Source of the DNA: Myxococcota bacterium
GTDB taxonomy: Bacteria; Myxococcota_A; UBA9160; JAFDDA01
Reading direction: 5' to 3'
Assembly: GCA_965228475.1 (NCBI GenBank)
Contig: OZ245817.1
Location: 3,840,001-3,904,000 of the forward strand
Length of the DNA: 64,000 nt
Positions within the stretch are counted from its first letter, which is position 1. Each line of letters begins with the position of its first letter. Shown here in pieces: positions 18,725 to 28,479 of this stretch. Under the pieces are notes generated by a model. It had not been told where the DNA came from. It searched no databases and saw nothing but the letters and a program-made list of their open reading frames with translations. The position numbers and the translations under genes are program-made.

Positions 18725-19528
18725 ATGAAACTGGGCGTAACCCTGCGAAACATGGGGCCTCAGTCGGTCCCCGGGATCCTGGTTCCGTGTGCCCTGGCGG
18801 CGGAGGCGGCGGGCCTCGAGTCCCTCTGGATCACGGACCACCTGGCCATCCCGCCCGACGATGCGGAAGGCTCGGGCGGCCGCTACACCGACCCGCTCAC
18901 CACCCTCGCCTACCTCGCCGGGCGGACCGAGCGCATCGGGCTCGGCACCGGCGTCCTGATCCTCCCCTACCGCCGGCCGCTCCCGGTCGCGAAGGCCGTC
19001 GCCACCGTTCAGGAGTTCTCGGGCGGCCGGCTCCTGCTCGGCGTGGGGATCGGTTGGATGGAGCCGGAGTTCCGGGCGGTGGGGGCGCGCCGCCAGAACC
19101 GGGGCGCCGACAGCGACGCCGCCCTCGACCTGCTCGTGCGCTGCTTCGCGGGCGACGAGGTCGAAGCGAACGGGCAACCCTTCCTGTTCAAGCCGCGCCC
19201 CGTCCGGCCGCCGATCTACGTGGGCGGTGCAGGCGAACACGCCCTGCGCCGGACCGTCCGCTTCGGGGACGGCTGGCTGCCCATGGGGTCGGACCCGAAG
19301 AAGATCGCACCCGCCGCGCAGCGCCTCGAAGAACTCGCTCGCGAAGCCGGACGCCCGACGCCGGAGATCGTCGTGATGGGCGGCCTGCCCCTCGGCGACG
19401 GCGCCCGGGCCGAAGAGCTGCTCGCCGAACTCGCCTCGCTCGGGGTGACCCGCTTCATCCAGGGCCTGCGCTACGAGACGGTGGAGGAGTACGAGCGATC
19501 GATCGAAGGCGTCGCCCGGCTGCTCTAG
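18725..19528 (+). CDS. LLM-class oxidoreductase, probable F420-dependent type
   Basis: SLWITDH, DPLTTLAYLAG, LGVGIGW, PPIYVGG, GDGWLP. Confidence 0.82.
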   Translation: MKLGVTLRNMGPQSVPGILVPCALAAEAAGLESLWITDHLAIPPDDAEGSGGRYTDPLTTLAYLAGRTERIGLGTGVLILPYRRPLPVAKAVATVQEFSGGRLLLGVGIGWMEPEFRAVGARRQNRGADSDAALDLLVRCFAGDEVEANGQPFLFKPRPVRPPIYVGGAGEHALRRTVRFGDGWLPMGSDPKKIAPAAQRLEELAREAGRPTPEIVVMGGLPLGDGARAEELLAELASLGVTRFIQGLRYETVEEYERSIEGVARLL

Positions 19529-20364
19529 CCGGGTTCATCCTTCCGCGGCGGAATGCAGAGAAGCTGGGATCCCCCGCTCGCGAGCAGCTCCCCGCTCTCG
19601 CTCCAAACCCGCCCGACCGTGCCGATCAGGCCGCCGCTCGCCGTCGGCGAGACCTGGTCGGCCAGCAGCCACGCGCACCCGGGCGCGCTGCGATGGAACC
19701 AGACCGTGCAATCGAGGCTCGGCGCCGTGAAGTCGGTCGCGGGGTGGGCCTGGACCGCGGCGGGCCAGGAGTACGTATCCACGAGCAGGGCGAGACGCCC
19801 GGCATCGACCCACGGATCCTCGAAGGTCGAGCGCGGAACGAAGCGGAGCCACTCCTGCATCTCCGGGTGCCGCGCTTCCGTCCGGGGGCCGACGCGGTCC
19901 TCGTGGATCGGGCGCACCTCGAAGTTCTGCCAGAACGGGAAGCTCGTTCCCTCGAGGCCTTTCCGGCGCGCGATCTCCTCGCGGGTCGCGAGCTCTGCGG
20001 GCGGAGGCACCGCCGGCATCCCGGCCGCTTCGTGGGCCAGGCCCGGACCCTCTGCCGCGGTCCGCACCATGGCTTCGATGACGGGCCGGCCTTCCTGGGT
20101 CATCGCGACGCGCAGGGCCTCGGCCCGGCGACCCATGCGGATCGGGGTCACCGTGACGTCGACCTTCCCGAACCGGGCGACCGAGAGGAAGTGGACGTAG
20201 AGGGAAACGGGCCGCGCGATCTTCGCCTCCCGGCCGACGGCACGCAGGGCGATGGCCGCGAGGTAGCCGCCGTTCGGCCCCCAGATCTCCCAATCACGGG
20301 AGAGTGTCGCGGTGTATTCGCCTTCGGCGCCGCGGATCCCGGTGTCCCGTTCGAAATCGCCCAT
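19525..20364 (-). CDS. TesB-like acyl-CoA thioesterase family protein
   Basis: WEIWGPNGGY, APSLDCTVWFH; GGAGG RBS before MGDFERD. Confidence 0.8.
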   Translation of the reverse strand: MGDFERDTGIRGAEGEYTATLSRDWEIWGPNGGYLAAIALRAVGREAKIARPVSLYVHFLSVARFGKVDVTVTPIRMGRRAEALRVAMTQEGRPVIEAMVRTAAEGPGLAHEAAGMPAVPPPAELATREEIARRKGLEGTSFPFWQNFEVRPIHEDRVGPRTEARHPEMQEWLRFVPRSTFEDPWVDAGRLALLVDTYSWPAAVQAHPATDFTAPSLDCTVWFHRSAPGCAWLLADQVSPTASGGLIGTVGRVWSESGELLASGGSQLLCIPPRKDEPG

Positions 20365-20466
20365 GCCACCTCCGCGCGCCGTCCGCGCCCGCGACGGTAG
20401 CAGCGGGCCCTGGCGATCGCGGGCCGCTTCGATCGCAGGCCGCTTCGATCGAGATAGACTCCGAGC

Positions 20467-21942
20467 GTGCGCCCCACCCTGCTCGGCCTGCTCGCCTCGC
20501 TCCTCGCGGCCCCCGCCGCACCCGGCTCCGCCGACGAGCTCTTCGACGTGCGCGAGCTCCCGGTGCGCGGCCGCATCGTGGCGACCGAGCTCGTGGAGCT
20601 CGACGGCGACGGACGGACGGACCTCGTCACCATGAACTTCCGCGGCCTGCCGCCGGACGAGCGGCGCGAGATCCACGTCCGCTTCGGTCGCGACGCCGGC
20701 TTCAGCCTGGCCGCGGACGAAGTCCTGCCGCTGCCGCCCGACGCCGCGGCCTACGACGTCGCCACGCTCGAGGAGGGCGCTCCGGCCGAGCTCCTGCTGC
20801 TCCGGGGAACGCGCGTGACCCGCCTCTCGCTGCGCGGCCGCAAGCCAGGCTGGCGGGACCTGCCCCTCGGCGGGCCGAGCCTCGCCGTCGTCCCCGACGA
20901 ACGCGGCCTCGACCGCCTCCGCCTCGTGCGCGAAGGCCTCGGACCCGGACCGATGCTCACGGTGCCCGGGCTCGGCGAGATCATCCTGCTCTCTCCCTCG
21001 GGCACCGTCGTCGCGCGGCTCGACGCCGGCGGCCGGGCGAACTACTTCGTGCCGCCGCGGCCGGGGCCCCTGATCAGCGAGAGCGAGCTCGAGGTCTACT
21101 TCGACCAGCCGCGCACCTCCGTCGGCGACGTCGACGGCGACGGGCTCGCGGACCTCGTCGCGACGACGCGCCACGCGCTGCGCGTCTTCCGCCAGGCGGA
21201 GGGTGGGCGGTTCCCGAAACGCCCGGACCGCACGATCCCCCTGCGCCGCATCTCCGATGCGGACCACATCCGCGGCTCGGGTTCCGTACGCGTCGAGGTG
21301 GCGGACCTGAACGGCGATCGGCGCGCAGACCTCCTCCTGAGCCACGCCAGCGAAGGCCTGCTCGATGCGCGCTCGGAGACCACGCTCCACTACAACCGCG
21401 AGGGCGAATGGAACCTCGTCCGGCCGGACCGGCGCTTCGTCACCGAGGGCGGCTTCTCGACGGAGTCGCTGGCCGACCTCGACCGCGACGGCCTGCCGGA
21501 GCTGATCTCGATCCGCATCCCGCTCGGCGTGTTCGAACTCGCGGAGATCCTGCTCACCCGCTCCGTCGACGCGAACGTCGCGATCCGCACGGCCACCCTC
21601 GAGGGCGGCTTCGCGGAGAAGCCGATCTACCGGCGCAAGTACTCCGTCCCCTTCAGCTTCGAGACCTTCCGCCCGCGCGGCTTCCTCGGCTACTTCGATG
21701 CGGACTGGAACGGCGACGGGCGCAACGATCTGCTGCTCTCGGGCGGCGGCGAGGCCGTCGAGCTCCACCTCGGGCGCGCCGAGGGTGGGTTCGAGGCCTC
21801 GGGCCCGCGTCAGAAGATGAACACGGGAGGCCGCATCCGGACGGGCGACATCGACGGCGACGGGCGCCCGGACTTCGTCCTGTTCGACCCGCGCCGACCG
21901 AACGCACCGCTGCGCATCGCACGCAACGCCGGGCGGCTCTAG
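20467..21942 (+). CDS. Secreted FG-GAP/VCBS-repeat protein
   Basis: Signal peptide; repeated DxDGDGxxDL motifs. Confidence 0.82.
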   Translation: MRPTLLGLLASLLAAPAAPGSADELFDVRELPVRGRIVATELVELDGDGRTDLVTMNFRGLPPDERREIHVRFGRDAGFSLAADEVLPLPPDAAAYDVATLEEGAPAELLLLRGTRVTRLSLRGRKPGWRDLPLGGPSLAVVPDERGLDRLRLVREGLGPGPMLTVPGLGEIILLSPSGTVVARLDAGGRANYFVPPRPGPLISESELEVYFDQPRTSVGDVDGDGLADLVATTRHALRVFRQAEGGRFPKRPDRTIPLRRISDADHIRGSGSVRVEVADLNGDRRADLLLSHASEGLLDARSETTLHYNREGEWNLVRPDRRFVTEGGFSTESLADLDRDGLPELISIRIPLGVFELAEILLTRSVDANVAIRTATLEGGFAEKPIYRRKYSVPFSFETFRPRGFLGYFDADWNGDGRNDLLLSGGGEAVELHLGRAEGGFEASGPRQKMNTGGRIRTGDIDGDGRPDFVLFDPRRPNAPLRIARNAGRL

Positions 21943-21950
21943 CCGGGGGT

Positions 21951-21990
21951 CACGGCGACGCTAGGGCGTCCACGGCGACGCTAGGGCGTC
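21951..21990. repeat. 20-bp tandem repeat x2 at alcohol dehydrogenase stop
   Basis: CACGGCGACGCTAGGGCGTC x2 plus degenerate flanks. Confidence 0.9.
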
Positions 21991-23030
21991 ACCGCGACGC
22001 GCCCGACGATGCGGCCCTCGCGCAGGTCCTCGAGGGTGGCCGTGGTCTCGTCCATCGAGCGCGTCTCCACCGGGATCGGCGGAATGCGCCCGTCGCGCGC
22101 GAGCGCCATCAGCTCGCCCATCTCGGCGAGGCTCCCGACGTAGCTCCCCTGCACGGTGACGGCCTTGATCGGAAAGAACGGAAGCGGCACGGCGAAGGAG
22201 CCGCCGAACAGGCCGACGATCACGAGCTTGCCGCCGCGGGCCAGCGTGTTCCAACCGAAGCCGGAGGAGGATTCCGCACCGACGAAGTCCACCGCGGCGG
22301 CGGCGCCGCCGCCCGTCCCGGCCATGACCTCCTTCACCGCACCCGGGTCGCTGCTCTTCACCACATGGTCGGCCCCGGCCTGCTTCGCCGCGTCGAGCTT
22401 CGCTTCGTCGATGTCGGCGACCCAGATCTCCGTGTCGAGGGTCTCGCGCGCGAGGGCGAGGCCGGCCATGCCGACGCCGCCCGCGCCGATGATCAGCAGC
22501 TGGCGCCCGGTGACGAGCGATCGGGTCTTCGCGAGCGCGGAGTACGCCGTGATGCCCGAGCAGGCGTAGGTGCCCGCGAGCGCCGCCGGGACGTCGCCGT
22601 ACTCGAAGAGGTAGCGGCCGTCCGGAACGAGGACGTGGTCGGCGTAGCCGCCGGGTCGGCCGACCCCGAGCGCTCGGGAGGCCGGGCAGAGGTGTTCGTC
22701 ACCGGAGGCGCAGATCGCGCAGGCGTTGCACCCGATCCACGGGTAGACGACGCGACGGTCGCCGACGGCCGCGCCGGAGGCCACGGGCCCGACCGCGACG
22801 ACCTCGCCGACGATCTCGTGGCCGAGCGTGAAGGGCAGCGGGCGCCCGCGCGAGACGTCGAGCTTGTTCCCGCCGCCGAGGGAGAAGAAGCCCTCCCAGA
22901 GATGGAGGTCGCTGTGGCAGACGCCGCAGGATTCGATGCGGACGAGGACCTCGCCGCCCGAGGGCTCCGGGGTGGCGTCTTCGTTCCAGGCGAGGGGTTT
23001 GCCGCACTCGACGACCTGGTGACTGCGCAT
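21981..23030 (-). CDS. Zn-dependent alcohol dehydrogenase
   Basis: CGVCHSD, GHE, C-x2-C-x2-C-x7-C, GAGGVG; AGGAG RBS. Confidence 0.93.
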   Translation of the reverse strand: MRSHQVVECGKPLAWNEDATPEPSGGEVLVRIESCGVCHSDLHLWEGFFSLGGGNKLDVSRGRPLPFTLGHEIVGEVVAVGPVASGAAVGDRRVVYPWIGCNACAICASGDEHLCPASRALGVGRPGGYADHVLVPDGRYLFEYGDVPAALAGTYACSGITAYSALAKTRSLVTGRQLLIIGAGGVGMAGLALARETLDTEIWVADIDEAKLDAAKQAGADHVVKSSDPGAVKEVMAGTGGGAAAAVDFVGAESSSGFGWNTLARGGKLVIVGLFGGSFAVPLPFFPIKAVTVQGSYVGSLAEMGELMALARDGRIPPIPVETRSMDETTATLEDLREGRIVGRVAVTP

Positions 23031-23101
23031 GATGTCTCCTCCGGGTGGGCCGCCATCATAGGGCCGCACGCTCCCCGACGGAATCGCGATACCTTCCGGC
23101 C

Positions 23102-24946
23102 ATGCGAAAAACGGCTCTGCAGAAAGCGACCGCACTCCTTCTCCTCACCGGGCTGGCGCTCGGCTGCCGTCCGGCCGAACTCTCCGGGCGCACGGACGAA
23201 GCGACGAAGCGGACCCTCGCCCTGGGCGAGCTCACCGGCTTCGTCCACGAGAACGGAAGCCACGCCTGGCTCGGCATCCCCTTCGCGAAGCCCCCGGTCG
23301 GCGACCTGCGCTGGCGGGCGCCGCAGCCGCCCGAACCCTGGAAGGACACGCTCGAGGCGACCGAGTTCGGCCCGTCTTGCGTCCAGTTCGCCAGCCCGGC
23401 CGGCGGGCGCGACGGCGCGGACTCCGGAGAGCCGACGGGCAGCGAGGACTGCCTGTACCTGAACGTCTTCGCGCCGGCCTTCGCGCCGGAGGAGGTTCCG
23501 AAGGCCGGTGCGCGCCTGCCCGTCATGATGTGGATCCACGGCGGCGGGAACACGATCGGCGATGCCGTGCTCTACGACGGCAGCGAGCTGGCGCGTCGCC
23601 ACGGCGTCGTCTTGATCACCGTCCACTACCGGCTCGGCGTGCTCGGCTGGTTCTCCCACGAAGCCGTGCGCGGGGACGGGACGACGGCCGACGATCGCTC
23701 CGGGAACTACGGCACGCTCGACTTCATCCGCGCGCTCGAGTGGATCGAGCGCAACGTCGCCGCCTTCGGAGGCGACCCGCGGAACGTCACGGTGTTCGGC
23801 GAATCCGCCGGCGGCTCGAACACGGCGAGCCTGCTGGTCTCCCCGCGCGCGGCCGGACTGTTCCACCGGGCGATCATCCAGAGCGGGGGGTTCCGCACCG
23901 TCTCGCGCGCCGAAGCGGAACGCTGGCACGACGCGAAGGACCCCGGACACGAGTTCAGCGCCAACGAGGTGCTCGCGCGCTGGCTCGTCGGGGCCGGGCG
24001 CGCGGCAGACGTCGCGGCCGCCCGCCAGCTCATGGCCGGGCTTTCGGCCGGGGAGATCGCGGCCTTCGCGCGAAGCCTCGCCCCCGAGGACCTCCTGGCC
24101 CCCTTCGACGCGAGCGGTCTCGGCGGCATGTACCAGACGCCGCGCCTCATCCGGGACGGACGCGTTCTGCCCCTGGCCGACCCGCTCGACGTCCTGCGCG
24201 CCGGCCTGCACAACCCGATGCCCGTGATGCTCGGGACGAACCTCCACGAGAACCGTCTCTTCAACCTATTCGTCTCGGAGCACGTCTCGCGGATCGGCGG
24301 CCTGCCCGTCCGCATCAAGGACCTCCGCGCCTACGAACTCGAGAGCGACTACCCCTCCCTCATGTGGAAGGCACTCGGCGTGGACGAACCGGCGCAGCTC
24401 CTCGCGGCGAGCCAGGCGCCGGGCGTCTTCGGCTACCGCTTCGACTGGGACGATTCGGCGAGCCTTCCGTGGGTCGATTTCGGCGAACTCCTCGGCGCGG
24501 CCCACGGGCTCGAGATCCCCTTCGTGTTCGGCCGCCTCTCCTTCTTCGGCCTCGGCTGGCCGATCTTCGACGGCGACAACGAAGCGGCCGACCGCGCGCT
24601 CTCCGACGCGATGATGTCCTACTGGACGCAGTTCGCCGCCACCGGCGACCCCGGGCGGGGACGAGCCGGAGACCTCCCGGCCTGGAGCCCGTGGGGCGCG
24701 GGCGGCGGCGCGCAATACGCCGTCCTCGACACCGACCGCGACGGTGGGATCCGGATGCTCGACGATGCCGTCGACCGGCAGGAAGTCGTCCGCCGCCTGG
24801 CCGCCGACGACCGCTTCACCTCCGACGACGAACGCTGCTCGATCTACCGGGGCATGGTGGTCTGGGGAAGCGGGATCACGCGCGAGGCCTACGCCGGCCT
24901 CCTCGGCGGCCACTGCCAAAGGAACTTCCCGATCGAAGCGAACTAG
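23102..24946 (+). CDS. Type B carboxylesterase, lipoprotein
   Basis: Lipobox LALGC, SEDCLYLN, HGGG, GESAG, AHGLE. Confidence 0.92.
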   Translation: MRKTALQKATALLLLTGLALGCRPAELSGRTDEATKRTLALGELTGFVHENGSHAWLGIPFAKPPVGDLRWRAPQPPEPWKDTLEATEFGPSCVQFASPAGGRDGADSGEPTGSEDCLYLNVFAPAFAPEEVPKAGARLPVMMWIHGGGNTIGDAVLYDGSELARRHGVVLITVHYRLGVLGWFSHEAVRGDGTTADDRSGNYGTLDFIRALEWIERNVAAFGGDPRNVTVFGESAGGSNTASLLVSPRAAGLFHRAIIQSGGFRTVSRAEAERWHDAKDPGHEFSANEVLARWLVGAGRAADVAAARQLMAGLSAGEIAAFARSLAPEDLLAPFDASGLGGMYQTPRLIRDGRVLPLADPLDVLRAGLHNPMPVMLGTNLHENRLFNLFVSEHVSRIGGLPVRIKDLRAYELESDYPSLMWKALGVDEPAQLLAASQAPGVFGYRFDWDDSASLPWVDFGELLGAAHGLEIPFVFGRLSFFGLGWPIFDGDNEAADRALSDAMMSYWTQFAATGDPGRGRAGDLPAWSPWGAGGGAQYAVLDTDRDGGIRMLDDAVDRQEVVRRLAADDRFTSDDERCSIYRGMVVWGSGITREAYAGLLGGHCQRNFPIEAN

Positions 24947-26229
24947 GGCTGGCGCTCGTTCGGGTCCGTGAGGGGGACGCTCAAGCCCGAGCCCGTCTGC
25001 GCCACGCCATCCCGCTGGCCCTCGGGCATCTGCTGCACGACCTGGCGGCCGAGCGCCTGGAGCACGGGGATCTCCGGATCGGCGAGCTCCTTCATCCACT
25101 CCTTGCGCTGCATCGCCTTCTCGAGATGCGGCGCGAGCGCCTCGAGCTTCTTGCGCTCGCGCTCCGCCTCCTGCTCCTTGAACTCCGGGAGCACCCGGTC
25201 CGCGAACAGCTCGAGCGATTCGCAGATGTGGTCGTGCTCGTTCTTCCCACCCTGCTGGATGAAGATCACCTGATCGACGCCGACGTCCGCGAAGGAGTTC
25301 AGGTGGTCGCGCAGCTGGTCCGGCGTCCCGATGCCCCGGTCGCCCCCGGCCCGCGGAAGCGAATCCCGGGCGGCCTCGAACTTCTGCCAGATGTCCGTCC
25401 GGCCGGGCGTGTGCTCGCCGAAGATGTAGTGGTGCGCGAGCGCGTAGCCGAAGAAGCGGAAGCCGTCCTCGCCGCGGCGCCGCGCCTCCTCGGCGTCCTC
25501 GTGGCACGAGAAGCCCGTCACCATGGCGATGTTCGGGTTGATCGCGTGGCCGATCGGGACGCACTCGTTCTTCAGGGTCTCGTAGTAGTCGTCGACCCAC
25601 TTGCGGGCCTCCGACGGGTCGATGAAGGCGAAGGTCAGCGCACCGATGCCGCAGCGCGCGGCCATCAGGATGGTCTCCCGGTTCGAACACGCGACCCAGA
25701 GGGGCGGGTGGGGCTTCTGCACGGGCTTGGGCACGACGTTCCGGCACGGCATGTCGAAGAACTCCCCCTGGAAGCCCGGGTAGGGGTTCATCGCCATCAT
25801 GTTCGCGGTCTGCTCGACGCACTCGCGCCACATGGCGCGCTTGCGCTCGGGGCTCACCTGGAAGCCGCCGAGCTCGGCCAGGGAAGAGGACTCGCCGGTG
25901 CCGAACTCGACGCGGCCGTTCGAGACGAGGTCGAGCGTGGCGATGCGCTCGGCGACGCGCGCCGGGTGGTTGTACGCGGGCGGCATCAGCACGATGCCGT
26001 GACCGAGACGGATCTGCTTCGTCCGCTGGCTGCAGGCGGCCAGGAAGACCTCCGGCGCCGAGGAGTGCGAGTACTCCTCGAGGAAGTGGTGCTCGACCTC
26101 CCAGGCGGAGTCGATGCCCAGGCGATCGGCGAGTTCCACCTGGTCGAGCGCCTGCTGGAAGAGCTCCCGCTCCGAACGCTCGGTCCACGGCCGCGGCAGC
26201 TGATGCTCGTAGAAGATCCCGAACTTCAT
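24943..26229 (-). CDS. LLM-class flavin-dependent oxidoreductase
   Basis: MKFGIF, VEHHF, RVAERIATLD, PKPVQKPHPP. Confidence 0.88.
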   Translation of the reverse strand: MKFGIFYEHQLPRPWTERSERELFQQALDQVELADRLGIDSAWEVEHHFLEEYSHSSAPEVFLAACSQRTKQIRLGHGIVLMPPAYNHPARVAERIATLDLVSNGRVEFGTGESSSLAELGGFQVSPERKRAMWRECVEQTANMMAMNPYPGFQGEFFDMPCRNVVPKPVQKPHPPLWVACSNRETILMAARCGIGALTFAFIDPSEARKWVDDYYETLKNECVPIGHAINPNIAMVTGFSCHEDAEEARRRGEDGFRFFGYALAHHYIFGEHTPGRTDIWQKFEAARDSLPRAGGDRGIGTPDQLRDHLNSFADVGVDQVIFIQQGGKNEHDHICESLELFADRVLPEFKEQEAERERKKLEALAPHLEKAMQRKEWMKELADPEIPVLQALGRQVVQQMPEGQRDGVAQTGSGLSVPLTDPNERQP

Positions 26230-26384
26230 GTCGTCCCCTTCCAGCGCGCGCGATCTGCGAGCATCCTACAGGACGCTGCCGCACGCCTGCGGTAAACCTG
26301 CCGGTCGAAGGCCGAGGCGCTCCCGGAGCGGGCAGAGCCTCGGCGACGCCTCAAGGCGAGCGGACGGAGGGCCGTCAAGAGTTC

Positions 26385-26987
26385 ATGCGGAACCTGCTGG
26401 TCATCCTCGTTGCATGCTTCGCGCTGCACCAGTACTGGACGGGCCGCGCCATCGAGCCCGGCCCGGGCATGGTGGCGCCCTTCGAGCCCGTGCAACGCAC
26501 CCTCGACCCGAAGCCGAAGTTCGAGTTCAAGGGCTACCGCATGACGTCTCTCGCAAGCTTCGAAGTGGAGGCGCGCGTGCTCTCGGCCAAGCGCTACTCG
26601 CACGATGCCAGCGCGAAGCTCTCCCCCATCGACCTCGCCCTCGGCTGGGGTCCGATGTCGGACAGCACCGTGCTCGAAGACATCGACATCTCCCAAAGCG
26701 GCCGCTTCTACCGCTGGGAGACGCGCCGGCCCAAGATCGACGTCGAACTGATCGGGCGCCACAGCGCGAACATGCACCTGATCCCGGCGGACGACTCCGT
26801 CCTCGCCGCCCTCGACGGCGTGCGCCCCGGCCACATCGTTCGCTTCGAGGGCGATCTCATCCAGGCCGAAGGTGAGAACCGCTGGCGCTGGAAGAGCTCC
26901 CTGACCCGACGCGATGCCGGGGGCGGCGCATGCGAAGTGGTGTTCGTGCGGCGGCTCGAGCTGATCGACCCGACCGCACGCTCCTGA
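26385..26987 (+). CDS. Conserved hypothetical exported protein
   Basis: N-terminal hydrophobic segment; SPIDLALGWG, SANMHLIP, GGGACE; plausible codon usage. Confidence 0.65.
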   Translation: MRNLLVILVACFALHQYWTGRAIEPGPGMVAPFEPVQRTLDPKPKFEFKGYRMTSLASFEVEARVLSAKRYSHDASAKLSPIDLALGWGPMSDSTVLEDIDISQSGRFYRWETRRPKIDVELIGRHSANMHLIPADDSVLAALDGVRPGHIVRFEGDLIQAEGENRWRWKSSLTRRDAGGGACEVVFVRRLELIDPTARS

Positions 26988-27037
26988 CGCCCCCTCGTGA
27001 TTTCCTGACTCACGACATCCTGACGCCCCCCTCGTGA
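26982..27037. repeat. Direct repeat (36-bp period) containing upstream TGA
   Basis: TCCTGACGCCCCC(C)TCGTGA at 26982 and 27018; partial TCCTGAC at 27003. Confidence 0.8.
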
Positions 27038-27081
27038 AGCGCTGGGGCGCGAACCCGGCCGGGGGCTATTCTCTGGGTCGC

Positions 27082-28479
27082 ATGCCGCCCGAACTCGATC
27101 GTCGTTCCTTTCTCCGCGGGAGCGCTGCGCTCGCCGCATGGTCCGCGACGACGTTGGCCCGCCCCTTCGAGGCCCTGGCCGCGCGCGGCGGGCCCGGGCG
27201 CGGATACGGCCCGCTCGCCCCGGTCCGCGACCAGACGACCGGACTCCCGCTGATCGAGCTGCCCGAAGGGTTTCGCTACGCGACCTTCGGCTGGACCGGC
27301 GACGCCATGACCGACGGCCGGCCGACGCCGCCCGGCCACGACGGCCAGGCCGCCTTCGCCGCGCCCGACGGCAAGATCCACCTGCTGCGCAACCACGAGC
27401 TGATGCTCGACCGGCGCATCCCGAACCGCACGTCCTTCGCCCCGGCGGAGCTCACCTACGACGCGGGCGAGGCGCCGGGCGGCGTCACCGCCGTCACCTT
27501 CGACCCGAAGCTCGAGCGCGGCGTCCGCACGGAGCCGCGCCTCTCGGGCACGATTCGCAACTGCGCCGGCGGGCCGACGCCGTGGGGGACCTGGCTCACC
27601 TGCGAGGAGAACGTCGACGGTCCGGGCGCCGGGGGAAACGCCGCGCTGCTCGAGAAGCCGCACGGCTACGTCTTCGAGGTCACGGCGAGCGGCGACTCCG
27701 CGCCCCGCCCGATCCGCGGCCTCGGCCGCTTCCTCCACGAAGCGATCGCGATCGATCCCGAGACGGGCATCGCCTACCTGACGGAAGACCGGGACTCCTC
27801 GGGCCTCTACCGGTTCCTCCCGAACCGGCCCGGCCAGCTCCACGCGGGCGGACGTCTCGAGATGCTCGCGGTGCGCGGCAAGCCCGGCTTCGACACGCAC
27901 CGCAAGGCGCGCGTCGGCCGCTGGCTCGACGTCGTCTGGGTGCCGATCCACGAACCGGAGCGCGTCCACGGCGACCCTTCCGCCCGCGACGGCCTCGGCG
28001 TCCACACCCAGGGCCTCGGCGAGGGCGGCGCGCGCTTCCGGCGCGGCGAGGGCATCTGGTACGGCGGCGGCCGCTTCTTCTTCACCGCCACGAGCGGCGG
28101 CTCCGCCGGCATGGGCCAGGTCTTCGAGTTCGACCCGGCGGGCCAGCGGCTCCGCCTCGTCTTCGTGAGCGAGGGGCCGGACCACCTGAACCGGCCCGAC
28201 AACATCACGGTGAGCCCCCGCGGCGGCATCGTGCTGTGCGAAGACGCCAAACGCCGGCGCGCCTACCTGCGCGCCTTCGGGCCCGACGGCGGCCTCTTCG
28301 ACCTGGCGCGCAACGCCGTCGTCCTCGCCGGCGAACGCAACGGGCTCCGCGGCGACTACAGCAAGAAGGAATGGGCCGGGGCGTGCTTCTCCCCCGACGG
28401 CCGATGGCTCTTCGCCAACGTGCAGTGGCCGGGGATCACCTTCGCCATCACCGGGCCCTGGGAACGAGGTCCCCTCTGA
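27082..28479 (+). CDS. Tat-exported PhoX/DUF839-family alkaline phosphatase-like protein
   Basis: DRRSFL Tat motif, RNHE, NCAGG.TPWGTWLTCEE, HEA, PDN. Confidence 0.85.
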   Translation: MPPELDRRSFLRGSAALAAWSATTLARPFEALAARGGPGRGYGPLAPVRDQTTGLPLIELPEGFRYATFGWTGDAMTDGRPTPPGHDGQAAFAAPDGKIHLLRNHELMLDRRIPNRTSFAPAELTYDAGEAPGGVTAVTFDPKLERGVRTEPRLSGTIRNCAGGPTPWGTWLTCEENVDGPGAGGNAALLEKPHGYVFEVTASGDSAPRPIRGLGRFLHEAIAIDPETGIAYLTEDRDSSGLYRFLPNRPGQLHAGGRLEMLAVRGKPGFDTHRKARVGRWLDVVWVPIHEPERVHGDPSARDGLGVHTQGLGEGGARFRRGEGIWYGGGRFFFTATSGGSAGMGQVFEFDPAGQRLRLVFVSEGPDHLNRPDNITVSPRGGIVLCEDAKRRRAYLRAFGPDGGLFDLARNAVVLAGERNGLRGDYSKKEWAGACFSPDGRWLFANVQWPGITFAITGPWERGPL

